Below are positions 9,050-18,710 of a DNA stretch of 64,000 bases, piece after piece. The notes below the pieces were generated by a model that did no database searches, had not been told where the DNA came from, and was given only the letters and a program-made list of their open reading frames with translations. Location: the NCBI GenBank assembly GCA_963732945.1, contig CAVTBL010000004.1, positions 273,864-337,863 of the forward strand. The letters are read 5' to 3'. Each line of letters opens with the position of its first letter. Position 1 is the stretch's first letter. Both the position numbers and the translations under genes were made by a program. The stretch is from an uncultured Chloroflexia bacterium. Its GTDB lineage: Bacteria > Chloroflexota > Dehalococcoidia > DSTF01 > WHTK01.

Positions 9050-9966
9050 CTAGCGCTCGGGCCTGACGTCGATACGCGACTCGTCCAGCGTCACGAGATG
9101 ATGAGGTGTCCAGATGCCGAGCTTACCGGCGACGGCCGCTGCCTTGATCTTGGCCGGCGCCTGCGGGTCCCGCGCGAGCGAACCGTAGCCCTCGTTGCGC
9201 AGCCTCGTGCGGATCTCGTCCTCGGTCATGCGTGAGGGCGCCGTAGTCGCGCGGCTTCCAGGTCTCGTCCTTCTGAACGTACTCGTGGCCGATCACAATG
9301 CCCTTCTGCTTCATGAAATAGCGTGGCGCCGTCGGCTTCCATGGCCTGCCACTCCGGAGACGCGACAGCGCGCTGGAACGCAGCGTAATCGTCGAACCAG
9401 AGCTCGGACCAGCCGTCGTGCGTCATGTTGCGCAGCTGGAACGCCTGCAGCGCGGCGTGGCACTGCGTGTAACGCCGCAGGCCCGGCAGCTTGGCGGCGA
9501 TTGGCCCGTGCACGTTGAGCCAGTGGTCGAAGAAGTCGCGGTGGTCGAGGCCGGGCTTGCGGCAGACCATGAAGATCGCGTTGATCATCGACGGCGTGGT
9601 CGTCCCATCGATGATGACGTGCTCGTCGCCGAAGATCACGGCGTGCTGGTCGTCGCGAGGCCAGCGGTCGGTGCGGTCGAACAGTTGCCGGTCGTCGGCC
9701 GGGACCGGAGACCACGACATATCGGTCCCGGGCGTGTTCACGACGAGTGGGTCCTCGTGCCAGAACATCGAGATGCCGACGAAGGTTGGTGCGGGTTCGT
9801 GTTCGTAGGCTTCGGGCAGGCTGAAGTAGTGGTAGTAACGCTCGAGGTTTGGCCGGTTGGCCACCAGCTTGCCGTGGCTATCGGCCCAGTAGTCCTGGAC
9901 CTCGGTGCGGGAGCGCCCGCTGGTCAGGTTGGGATTTGCTGCCGTGATTCGCTTGACTACCATCAC
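9050..9966 (-). pseudogene. Tandem EthD-domain protein, paralog A; frame interrupted twice (pseudogene or assembly indels)
   Basis: It is collinear with the intact paralog at 18711-19646. The frame breaks near 9316 (extra base in an AAA/TTT run) and near 9232. All three frame pieces are recoverable, ending ...LVTLDESRIDVRPER. Confidence 0.7.
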
Positions 9967-10001
9967 ACCTGCCCTCGCTGAGAGACCCTAACGGAGTCTG
10001 G

Positions 10002-10018
10002 ATTCCAATGTGCGGAAT
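10002..10018. promoter_or_regulatory. Imperfect palindrome ATTCCA-ATGTG-CGGAAT (candidate IclR-type operator) in a divergent intergenic region
   Basis: Read directly from the sequence. It lies 36-52 nt upstream of the EthD-A start and upstream of the divergent IclR gene. It is related to the sites at 15366, 15530 and 16692. Confidence 0.5.
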
Positions 10019-10214
10019 TCATTGTCGCGCATTGTAACCTAGGCCCGAAGTATGTCAAGGTAGCCATGCTGTGGCTTGAGGTCGCCCACGCTAATCGCGA
10101 GGCGCAGGGCTTGAATCAATCAGGGTGTTTCGTGTGAGATTTAACGAGGAAGACAAAGTAAGAGTCACTTCGACGGGCAGGGCAGGCTGATATCGTGGGA
10201 TGGGGTAAGGCAGG

Positions 10215-11051
10215 ATGAGCGACGGATCTGAGTCTTCGGCCCAGCGTTCTGGTAACGTCCGCTCGGTTCAGCGGGCGGCACGGATTATCACGGCGCTCGC
10301 GGAGCATCCCTACCCGATGGGCGTCGCCGAGCTCGCGGCGCGTGTCATGCTTTCGCCGGCCAGTGTGCACCGCATGCTTGCGACGCTGATTAGCGTCGGT
10401 TGGGTCGATCAGAACTCCCGCACCGCGAAGTACCGTCTCGGGACTCGCATGCTGGGTATCGGTTCGACCGGCCTGATCACCAGCCCGGTAATCCAGAACG
10501 GCCGCGGCTTCCTGACGCGGCTCGCCGAACAAACCGGCCAGTCGACCGCCCTCAGCACGCTGGTCGGCATGCGCGTCATCCACCTCGCGCGCTCGCCCGG
10601 CGCCAAGATGGTCGGCCGGCCCGACTTCGAACCAGGCGTCTCGCAACCGGCCCACGCCATGGCGGACGGCAAGCTGCTGCTTTCATACCTGCCGGCTACG
10701 GAGCGCGCCTACCTCTACGAGGTCGACGGCCTGCGACGCTACACCGACACCACGATCGTCGATCCCGCCGCCATGGAGCGCGAGATCGAGTGCATCCGCG
10801 AGAGCGGCTACGCCGTCGACCATTACGAACGCTTTGCAGCCGCGCGAGGTGTTGCGGTGCCGGTGCTAGGGCTCGACGGCGAACCGCTGCTGGCGATGCT
10901 CTGCCTCGGCCACATCAACGACGATCCGGCTGAGGATGCGGCGCTGGCGCGTCAGATGCAGTCGCTGGCAGCCGAGATGTCGGACAACATCGCGGTCCTC
11001 GGCGACATGCCCAAGGCGAACACCGAGTTCGCGAAATACAACCTCGAGTAG
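10215..11051 (+). CDS. IclR-family transcriptional regulator
   Basis: It has an N-terminal wHTH (VQRAARIITALAEHPYPMGVAELAARVMLSPASVHRMLATL) and a C-terminal IclR effector-domain pattern. Confidence 0.9.
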   Translation: MSDGSESSAQRSGNVRSVQRAARIITALAEHPYPMGVAELAARVMLSPASVHRMLATLISVGWVDQNSRTAKYRLGTRMLGIGSTGLITSPVIQNGRGFLTRLAEQTGQSTALSTLVGMRVIHLARSPGAKMVGRPDFEPGVSQPAHAMADGKLLLSYLPATERAYLYEVDGLRRYTDTTIVDPAAMEREIECIRESGYAVDHYERFAAARGVAVPVLGLDGEPLLAMLCLGHINDDPAEDAALARQMQSLAAEMSDNIAVLGDMPKANTEFAKYNLE

Positions 11052-11114
11052 CGCATAGACATAGGCATACACATAAAGCACGAGAGTCGCGGCTGACGCC
11101 GCGTTAATCTCTGT

Positions 11115-11168
11115 GCCTATGCCTATGCCTATGCCTATGCCTATGCCTATGCCTATGCCTATGCCTAT
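11115..11168. repeat. Perfect hexanucleotide microsatellite (GCCTAT)x9
   Basis: Counted directly. It overlaps the last codons and stop of the gene at 11165-11684. Degenerate inverted copies (ATAGGC-like) lie at 11052-11078. Confidence 0.95.
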
Positions 11169-11684
11169 GCGCTGATTAGTCGCTTGCCAACGTCCTCGCC
11201 GTAGAAGTGCGGTCCGGTGCCTTGCTTCGGCGCCATGTTCGCGAGAACGGCGAGCAGCTCTTCGTTGCTCGCATCCAGGTCGATCGGTTCGTTGTGGGGC
11301 TGCGGGTAGTCCATGCCCGTGGACCAGTAGACCTCGACGTGGTTGTTCTCTGGATCGCGGAAGTAGCAGCCGAACGCGATGCCGTGGTTCGTGATGCGGA
11401 AGTTCTCGATACCGTAGTCGCGCAGGGCGTGGTACATCTCGCGCAGGTCGTCCAGCGATCCCGATCTTGAACGAGATCTGCTGCGCGTTGGTGTGACGGT
11501 CCGGCGAGGGGCTGATCAGGAACTCGTGGTGCTCCGTCTCCGGGTGAGCGCTGAGGAAGACGCCGCGGCCGTTGCCGCCGTCGGTCACCGTCAGCCCGAG
11601 GATGCGCGTGTAGAAGTCGAGCATCTTGTCCAGGTCCTGTACCGAGATGCCGACGTGCCCAAGCGATGTGACTCGTGTCGCCAT
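11165..11684 (-). pseudogene. VOC/glyoxalase-fold (extradiol dioxygenase-like) protein, paralog 2; one frame interruption
   Basis: It is collinear with 11707-12240. The frame breaks at a CCC/GGG run near 11460-11462 (ISFKI|G|SLDDLREMYH). Confidence 0.7.
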
Positions 11685-11706
11685 TTCTTGTCTCCTCGTC
11701 TCGCGC

Positions 11707-12240
11707 TTAGCGCGTCGAGACTTGCTCCGGCGCCAGGCGCTTGCCGACGTCCGTGCCGTAGTAGTGCGGCCCGGTACCGGCGCGCGGCTCCAGGTCCTCG
11801 ATCAGCTTCAGCAGCGCGTCGTCGCTCTGCGACAGGTCGATTGGGTCGGCGTAGGGCTGCGGGTAGTCGATGCCCGTCGACCAGTAGACCTCGATCCGGT
11901 TGTCCTCCGGGTCGCGGAAGTAGCAGCCGAACGCGATGCCGTGATTGACGACGCGGTCGATCGGGCTGCCGTACTCGACGATGCGCTTGTGCATCGCCTT
12001 GAGGTCCTGCAGCGAATCGACGTGGAAGGAGACCTGACCGGCGTCCGTCTTCTGGTCCGGCGACTTCGCCAGCGCGATCTCGTGGTGCTCTGTTTCCGGA
12101 TGCCCGCTGAGGAACACGACGCGGTCTTCCGGTCCCCGGTCGGTTTCGGTCAGGCCGAGGACGCTCGTATAGAAGTCGACCATCGTCGGCACGTCCCGGA
12201 TGAAGATGCCGAAATGCCCCAGCCCGGTTACTTTTGCCAT
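11707..12240 (-). CDS. VOC/glyoxalase/bleomycin-resistance/extradiol-dioxygenase fold protein
   Basis: It has GLGHFGIFIRDVP...FYTSVLGL...HHEIAL...NHGIAFGCYFRDPEDNRIEVY. GGAGG lies 6 nt before the ATG. Confidence 0.8.
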   Translation of the reverse strand: MAKVTGLGHFGIFIRDVPTMVDFYTSVLGLTETDRGPEDRVVFLSGHPETEHHEIALAKSPDQKTDAGQVSFHVDSLQDLKAMHKRIVEYGSPIDRVVNHGIAFGCYFRDPEDNRIEVYWSTGIDYPQPYADPIDLSQSDDALLKLIEDLEPRAGTGPHYYGTDVGKRLAPEQVSTR

Positions 12241-12250
12241 CGCCTGCCTC

Positions 12251-13418
12251 CTAGCTGAACGCCTGTCGAGCCGCCTCTGCCACGAGCTCGAGCTTGCGGC
12301 GCTGCTCGTCCCAGGTCAAGCAGATTGCCCTGCGCCGTCGATGCGAAGCCGCACTGCGTCGAGATCGCGAGGTTGTCGATCGAGACGTACTTTGTCGCTT
12401 CCTCGATGCGGCGTCGCAGGTAATCGACCTGCTCCAGCTCCGGCAGCTTCGAGCTGATCAACCCGAGCACGACCATCTTGTCTTTGGGAACGAAGCGCAG
12501 CGGCTCGAAGCCTCCGGCACGCTCGCTCTCGTACTCGAGCAGGAAGCGGTCGACGTTGAGCTGCGCGAACGCCTTCTCCGCGATCGGTTCGTAGTCGCCT
12601 TCGGCGTGCCAGCGGCTGCGTGCGTTGCCGCGACACATGTGCAGGCCGACGGTGACGCCCGGCGTGCCGCGCAGGCCATCGAGCGCAATGTTGTCGAGCC
12701 GGATCAGCTCGTTGAGGTAGGCGTCCGGGTCCTCTCCCTCCGCGATCATGCGCGGCCGCACCGTCTTGTCGGCGACGCGCTCGACATAATGCAGCGAGTC
12801 GAGCTGGACGTAGGGCGCGCCGTCTTTGACCAGCGCCTTCATCTCGTCGTTGATCATGCCGGCGAGGTCCTGGGCCAGGTCGAAGCGCGTCGGGTAGGCC
12901 TTCTCGCTGACGCCGGGCTCGTACATGCCGCCGGCCATCGACATCGGGCCGGGCAGGGTGATCTTCCACGGCCCCGGCGCATGCTCACTCAGGAACGCGG
13001 CGTCGGTCGCGACGAAACGACGCGTCTTCTGCAGCTTCTCGCCCGCCACCATGGCGCGTGCTCGCTGAAGCATCGTGTTGACGTCGTTGGCGACGGGCTC
13101 ATCCGGCGTCGGGCCGCGCCACACGTCGAAGATGCGGCGGATCGGCGAGCCCTCTACCGGGACGAGACCGGAGATCGCGCCGGCAGCAGGGTTGCTCCAG
13201 CCGGTGCGACGGTACTCGCCGTCCGTGAACACGCTGATCCCCGACTGGCGCTCCATCTCCAGCGCCTTGAGGACGCTCGCGTCTTCGACCTCGCGCAACT
13301 GCTCCTCGCTGATTTTGCCGTCGGTGAAGGCGGCGCGCGCCTCCAGGAGCTCGGGCGGTCGCAGCAGGCTGCCGACGTGGTCGGCTCGGTACTTGGTCGC
13401 GGTGGTTGTCGATGTCAC
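12251..13418 (-). pseudogene. MetE-like Zn alkyl/methyltransferase family protein (paralog 2); frame interrupted about 20 codons before the stop
   Basis: It has a GTG start after AGGAAGGG and the motifs HMCRGN and STQCGFAS. Removing one base near 12318 restores ...GNLLTWDEQRRKLELVAEAARQAFS*, which is homologous to the paralog 1 tail. Confidence 0.75.
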
Positions 13419-13457
13419 AAACGATGCCCTTCCTAAGCGGTGACGTGGTTTCGGTGT

Positions 13458-14383
13458 CTACGATACCCAGCGCGAAGGCCGGGCGTCGATGCGCGAATCG
13501 TCCAGCGTGACCAGGTGCTCGGGCGTCCAGACACCAAGCTTGTCGTGCTGCGCTGCAGCCTTTATCTTGGCGGGCGCGTTCGGGTCCTTCGCCAGCAGGC
13601 CGCCGTAGTCTTCTTTGAGCAGTCGCGCGCGGATCTGGTCCTCGCTCAGTCAGCAGCGCACCGTAGTCGCGTGGCTTCCAGCTCTCGTCCTTCTGCACGT
13701 ACTCGCGACCGATGACGATGCCCTTCTCCGGACAGAACAGCGTGGCGCCGTCAGCCTCCATCGCGGCCCACTCAGGCGACTGTGTCGCGTGCTGGAACGA
13801 CCAGAAGTCGTCGAACCACAGCTCAGACCAGCCGTCGTGGGTGCTGGTGCCGCGCGCCAGGCTCTCCAGCACGACGTGGTTCTGAATGTAGCGCCTGAGA
13901 CCGGGGAGTTGCGCCGCGAGCGGGCCGTGCACGTTGAGCCAGTGGTCGAAGAAGTCGCGGTGGTCGAGGCCGGGCTTGCGCACGACCATGAAGATCGCGT
14001 TGACCATCGATGCCTTCGTCTGTCCGTCGATCAGCACGTGCTCTTCGCCGAGGATGTCGGCGTGCTGATCGTCGATCGGCCAGCGAATCGTGCGGTCGAA
14101 CACGTGCTCGTCGTCCTGTCGCACCGGGAACCAGGCGCTGGGGTCCGGCGGCTGAGGCGGCGGCAGCGGGTTGTCGCGCCAGAACATCGAGATGCCGATG
14201 AAGGTCGGCTTCGGGTTCGGAGTCGTAGGCCTCGGGCAGGCTGAAGTAGTGATGGTAGCGCTGAAGCGCCGCACTGTTCGCGACCAGCTTGCCGTGGCTC
14301 TCGGCCCAGTAGTGCTGGGCTTCGACTCGCGATCGTCCGTTGGTCAGGTTCTCGTTGGCTGCCGTGATGCGCTTGATCGCCAT
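13458..14383 (-). pseudogene. Tandem EthD-domain protein, paralog B; frame interrupted twice
   Basis: Breaks lie near 14214 (GGG/CCC run) and near 13650. The pieces reassemble collinearly with the intact paralog D. Confidence 0.7.
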
Positions 14384-14409
14384 GCCCGTCTCTCCTTCTG
14401 CAGACTGAT

Positions 14410-15346
14410 TCAGCGTTGAGGTCGCGCGTCGATCCAGTTGTCGCCGTAGACGGCGAGGTGTTCCGGCGTCCAGACCGCGATCTGGTCCTTCAGGGCCGCG
14501 GCCTTGATCTTCGTCGCGATGGCGGGGTCGCAGGCGAGTGATTTGTAGCCTTCCTTGCGCAGACGGGCGCTGATCTCTTCCTCGGTCATCGAGAGCGCGC
14601 CGTAGTCGCGCGGCTTCCAGCTTTCGTCCTTCTGCACGTACTCGCGCCCGATGACGATGCCCTTCTCAGGGCAAAATAGCGTCGCGCCGTCTGCTTCCAT
14701 GGCAGCCCACTCGGGAGACTGCGTGGCCTGCTGGAACGACCAGTAGTCGTCGAACCAGAGCTCGGACCAGCCGTCGTGGGTGCTGGTGGCGTAGGCGAAG
14801 CTCTCGAGCACGGCGTGGTTCTGAATGTAGCGCCTGAGCCCGGGTAGCTGCGCCGCGAGTGGTGCCGTGCACGTTGAGCCAGTGGTCGAAGAAGTCGCGG
14901 TGGTCGAGGCCCGGCTTGCGCACGACCATGAAGATCGCGTTGACCATCGACGCCTTCGTTTCGCCGTCGATAAGCACGTGCTCCTCGCCGAGGATGTCGG
15001 CGTGCTGGTCGTCTGTCGGCCAGCGCTTCTCGCGGTCGAATACCTGACGGTCGTCGGAGCCGAGTGGCTGGTTGCGATAGTAGTGCGTGAACGGGTCCTG
15101 GTCGGCCTCGGAGCGCGCCGGTACGTTCAGCGGGTTGTCGCGCCAGAACATCGAGATGCCGATGAAGGTCGGTTTCGGTTCGTTCTGGTAGGCCTCGTAG
15201 AGGCTGAAGTAGTGGTGATAGCGCCGCAGCGTCGGGCTGTTCGCGACGAGTCTGCCGTGCGTCTCGGCCCAGTAATGCTGGGCCTCCATGCGGGAGCGGC
15301 CGGTGTAGGTGTTCTCGTTGGCTGCGGTGATACGCTTGATTGCCAA
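14410..15346 (-). pseudogene. Tandem EthD-domain protein, paralog C; frame interrupted once
   Basis: A TTG start at 15346 follows AAGGAGG. There is a single break near 14863 (DHWLNVHG|PLAAQLPGLRRY). Confidence 0.7.
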
Positions 15347-15365
15347 GGCCCCTCCTTCACGGTCG

Positions 15366-15382
15366 ATTTCGTTGTGCGGAAT
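15366..15382. promoter_or_regulatory. Imperfect palindrome ATTTCG-TTGTG-CGGAAT upstream of EthD-C
   Basis: Read directly. It lies 20-36 nt upstream of the TTG start at 15346. Confidence 0.45.
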
Positions 15383-15502
15383 CGGCTTCCAACATCGTAG
15401 ACATGGGGCATCGCCTGTCAATACCCTGATCGCCGTTCCCGTAGCGTCGTGGTCACCGATCGACGTTACAGAAGAAAGATGCTGTCAATTCCGTCCGATT
15501 GC

Positions 15503-15531
15503 TTGACAGGCCAATGATGTGGACGTAGCAT
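15503..15531 (+). promoter_or_regulatory. Candidate sigma-70-type promoter TTGACA-N17-TAGCAT for the LLM gene
   Basis: The hexamers were read directly. The same -10 (TAGCAT) recurs at 16675. Confidence 0.45.
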
Positions 15532-15546
15532 TCCGCACCACGGAAT
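15530..15546. promoter_or_regulatory. Perfect palindrome ATTCCG-CACCA-CGGAAT overlapping the -10/+1 of the candidate promoter
   Basis: Read directly. This position is typical of a repressor operator. Confidence 0.55.
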
Positions 15547-15613
15547 CTACTTTCGGATTCCGCTCTTTCGGTTCGACGGGTCAGGCCCGGCTTTGTCTGC
15601 GGAGGTAGCGGCT

Positions 15614-16588
15614 GTGCAGATCTTCGGCAACACGATTCGCTTCAACGTCCAGGCCACGACCACCCGCTGGACCTACCCGGAGTTTCGCGACAACTGGCTG
15701 CTCTTCGAGCGCCTCGGCTACGACGTTGCCTACGTGACCGACCACTTCGTTTCGGAGAACCCGCAGGCCGGCCTCTCGCCGGTGTGGGAGGGTCCGACCA
15801 TGCTCTCGGCGCTCGCGGCCCAGACGACGCGTATTCGCTGCGGCGTCATGGTCGCCGGCAACACGTATCGCAATCCCGGCATCCTGGCCAAGATCGCGAC
15901 GACTATCGATCACGTCTCGAATGGGCGCATGGAGCTCGGCATGGGCTCCGGCCACACGCAGATCGAGCACGACCAGTACGGCATCCCGTACTACACCTCA
16001 GGCCGCCGCCTGCGCGCCTTCGCGGAGTCGGCCAAGATCGTGCGCAGTCTGCTGCACAACGAGCGCACCGACTTCGACGGGCAGTACTACAAGATCACCA
16101 ACGCGGCCTGCGAGCCGAAGCCGGTGCAGCAGCCGTTCCCGCTCCTGGTTGGCGGCATCGGCGAAGAGCTCTCGATGCGCATCGTGGCCGAGTCCGCCGA
16201 CATCTGGAATAACTGGACCTCGCCCGGCTACGAGGAGTATCAGCAGAAGCTCGACGCCCTCGCGCGCCACTGTAAGGATGTGGGTCGCGATCCCGCCGAC
16301 ATCCGTAAGTCGATGCACATCAAACCGATCGTTGGCGAGACCGACGCGGAGGTAGAGGAACGCGCTTCCGTGCCGGGGCGTCATCGCAGCCAGGGCACGC
16401 CGGACCAGGTTACGGAGGCGCTGCTCGGCTTCGTGCGCATGGGCGTCAGCGACTTCGTGTTCATGTTCGATTCGCCGGGTGACTACCGCAGCCTGGAGCT
16501 GCTCGCGACGCAGGTAGCGCCGCATGTACGCGCCGAGGGGCCTCGATTGTTGGAGGCGGCAGCGTCCGCATCGCGGGCTTCGGTGTAG
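15614..16588 (+). CDS. Luciferase-like monooxygenase (LLM) / F420- or flavin-dependent oxidoreductase family protein
   Basis: It has GYDVAYVTDHF, MVAGNTYRNPGILAK and MELGMGSG, which match the LLM pattern. The GTG at 15614 lies 8 nt after GGAGG; the ORF-track start of 15593 is an alternative. Confidence 0.8.
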   Translation: MQIFGNTIRFNVQATTTRWTYPEFRDNWLLFERLGYDVAYVTDHFVSENPQAGLSPVWEGPTMLSALAAQTTRIRCGVMVAGNTYRNPGILAKIATTIDHVSNGRMELGMGSGHTQIEHDQYGIPYYTSGRRLRAFAESAKIVRSLLHNERTDFDGQYYKITNAACEPKPVQQPFPLLVGGIGEELSMRIVAESADIWNNWTSPGYEEYQQKLDALARHCKDVGRDPADIRKSMHIKPIVGETDAEVEERASVPGRHRSQGTPDQVTEALLGFVRMGVSDFVFMFDSPGDYRSLELLATQVAPHVRAEGPRLLEAAASASRASV

Positions 16589-16652
16589 CGGGGTCGTTCA
16601 AGCCTGTACAGTAACCCTTCTTCATAACGCTTCGATGTAAACAATCTCGATA

Positions 16653-16680
16653 TTGACAAGCTGTATTTCATAGCTAGCAT
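16653..16680 (+). promoter_or_regulatory. Candidate promoter TTGACA-N16-TAGCAT for the solute-binding-protein gene
   Basis: Read directly. Confidence 0.45.
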
Positions 16681-16691
16681 GGCGACAGTAC

Positions 16692-16708
16692 ATTCCGATA
16701 AGCGGAAT
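16692..16708. promoter_or_regulatory. Perfect palindrome ATTCCG-ATAAG-CGGAAT just downstream of the candidate promoter
   Basis: Read directly; it extends to 7-5-7 if the flanking C/G are included. Confidence 0.55.
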
Positions 16709-16732
16709 GCCATCTTGCAAGGAGGAACTGCA

Positions 16733-18624
16733 ATGGAAGCCAACTACTGGCACAGCTTCAGGGCAACGCGTCTAACGCGGCGCCGCGCTCTTGCTGCCAC
16801 TGGATCTGCGGCAGCTGCGGCAGCGTTCTTAGCAGCCTGTGGCGGCAGCAGCAACAACTCGTCTAACGGCTCCAGCCAGGGCGGTTCCTCGACGGGGAGG
16901 GCGGAGCCGGCTCCGGTAGCAGCAGCTCCGGCTCGGGAGCGTCTTCCGGCGCCGCGGCGTCGAAGCTCCTGTTGATCCCGACGGACCAGACATCGACGCG
17001 AAAGCGCGGCGGCACGATGAACATCGCCGTCAACGTCGCCACTGCCACGCTCGAGCAGTCGGCCGGCGGCAACGGCTCCGGCAGCGCACTGGTGCACAGC
17101 GCCTACAGCCAGTTGATGCGCGCCAAGATCGGCACCTACAAGGACACGCCTCAGGGCGTCTGGGAGCCGGAGTTCGCGCAATCCTTCGAGCAGAGCGCCG
17201 ACGGCCTCTCGGTCACCTTCAAGCTGCGCGGCATGAAGTTCGACAACCGCGCGCCTACCAACGGTCGCGTCAGCACCTCGGCCGACGTCAAGTACAGCTG
17301 GGACCGCTTCGTCAACACGAATCCGCGCGCCCCCGAGCTGGCGAATGCCAAAGCGGCAGACGCCCCCGTCACCAGCGTCGACACGCCGGATGAGCAGACG
17401 GTGGTCTTTCACCTCGCGTTCCCGTTTGCGCCGTTTTCGGCTTACCTTGGTAGCGCCTTCTTCCCCTTCATATACCCGAAGGAGGCCGACGGCGGCTATC
17501 AGACCAAGGGCGTCGCGCGCGGTACCGGTGTCTGGCAAATTCCCGACGACCGCCCGAGCGGCGACGCCGAGATGATCCGCAACCCGAATTACGTTCACAA
17601 CGGCGCGGACGGCGAGCCCTACTTCGACAAGCTCACCATGCACAGCCTCACGGATCCTTCGACGATCTACGCGCAGCTCAACGCGGGCGCGCTCGAGTTC
17701 GTCACGACCGCACTGAGCCAGGAGGACATCCTCAAGCTCAAGCAGGACAATCAGAAAATGATCATGTATCAGCGCCCCTTCTACGCGAAGGGCTCCGGCG
17801 GCATCTTCTTCGGACGCCGGACAGGATCGCCGTGGAACGACGATCGCGTGCGCAAGGCCCTTGCGATGAACATGGACGCGGAACTGTGGGGCGACAACGC
17901 CAGCAACCGCAAGAAGTACGAAGCCCAGGGCCTGCCGGTCAACACGAAGTGGTTCGCGCGCTGCGGCCCCGGCTACGAGTGGTACCTGGACCCCAAGACG
18001 GACGCTGCCGGGCCCGGCGGTAAGTACCTGCAGCACAACCCGGACGATGCGCACAAGATGCTCCAGGCGACGGGCCTCAAGCTCCCGATCGAGAGCATCT
18101 GGCAGAGGACAACGGACGCATCGCGCGACCCTAACTACGAGGCGATGATGGGTCTCTTCGAGCAGAGCGGCGACTTCAAGTTCACGAACCAGATCTGGCC
18201 CGACGTGAACACCTACTACGCCCAGGTGCGTAACACCGGCGGCGACTTCGACGGTCACAGCATCGCGTTCTACTTCGACCACCACGACTACGACTGGACG
18301 ATGTACCTCATGTACAACGTCAAGTCCACCGACTTCTGGATGAAGATCGCCGGCGAAGACCCGAAGATGACCGACTTCGTCAACCGCCAGCGACGCGAGC
18401 TGGACGGGAAGAAGCGCGAGACCATCTGGCAGGACTTCGTCAAGTACGATCTGCAGCAGATGAACTACCTCCCGTATCACTGGCCTGCCGACTGGCAGCC
18501 CTACTACATCGCTCAGCCCTGGGTCGGTGGTTGGGGTTGGTGGCAGCCCTACATCGAGCAGTACCCGGACGGAGCCGGTCAGATCTACTCGCAGTACTGG
18601 TACGACGCGAGCAAGAAGGCTTAA
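16733..18624 (+). pseudogene. ABC-transporter solute-binding protein, family 5 (peptide/nickel/opine type), Tat-lipoprotein signal; frame interrupted in the Ser/Gly linker
   Basis: The ATG follows GGAGG. It has a twin-arginine motif (TRRRAL) and lipobox (LAAC). The frame breaks near the GGGG run at 16894-16897. The remainder is collinear with the paralog at 62205. Confidence 0.75.
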
Positions 18625-18648
18625 TCTTCGTTCTCTCAGTGCAACGAC

Positions 18649-18687
18649 GGGGTCGGCTTCCATTTTCGGAAGCCGGCCCCGGTTTTC
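18649..18687 (+). terminator. Intrinsic terminator-like hairpin with T tract
   Basis: GGGGTCGGCTTCC-loop-GGAAGCCGGCCCC forms a 13-bp stem with one G-U pair, followed by GGTTTTC. Confidence 0.6.
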
Positions 18688-18710
18688 ATCCGTCAGGAGG
18701 GGCTTTGGCC

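Noticed and set aside
13099-14274. A 391-aa minus-strand ORF spanning EthD-B and running into the MetE-like gene
   Set aside because: It is a chimera created by frame breaks. The middle is genuine EthD-B sequence, but both ends are out-of-frame read-through.
16744-18663. A 639-aa ORF on the minus strand
   Set aside because: It lies entirely antisense to the well-supported solute-binding-protein gene. Its Arg/Val/Ala/Gly/Leu-rich translation has no recognisable motif. This is the typical shadow ORF of a GC-rich coding region.
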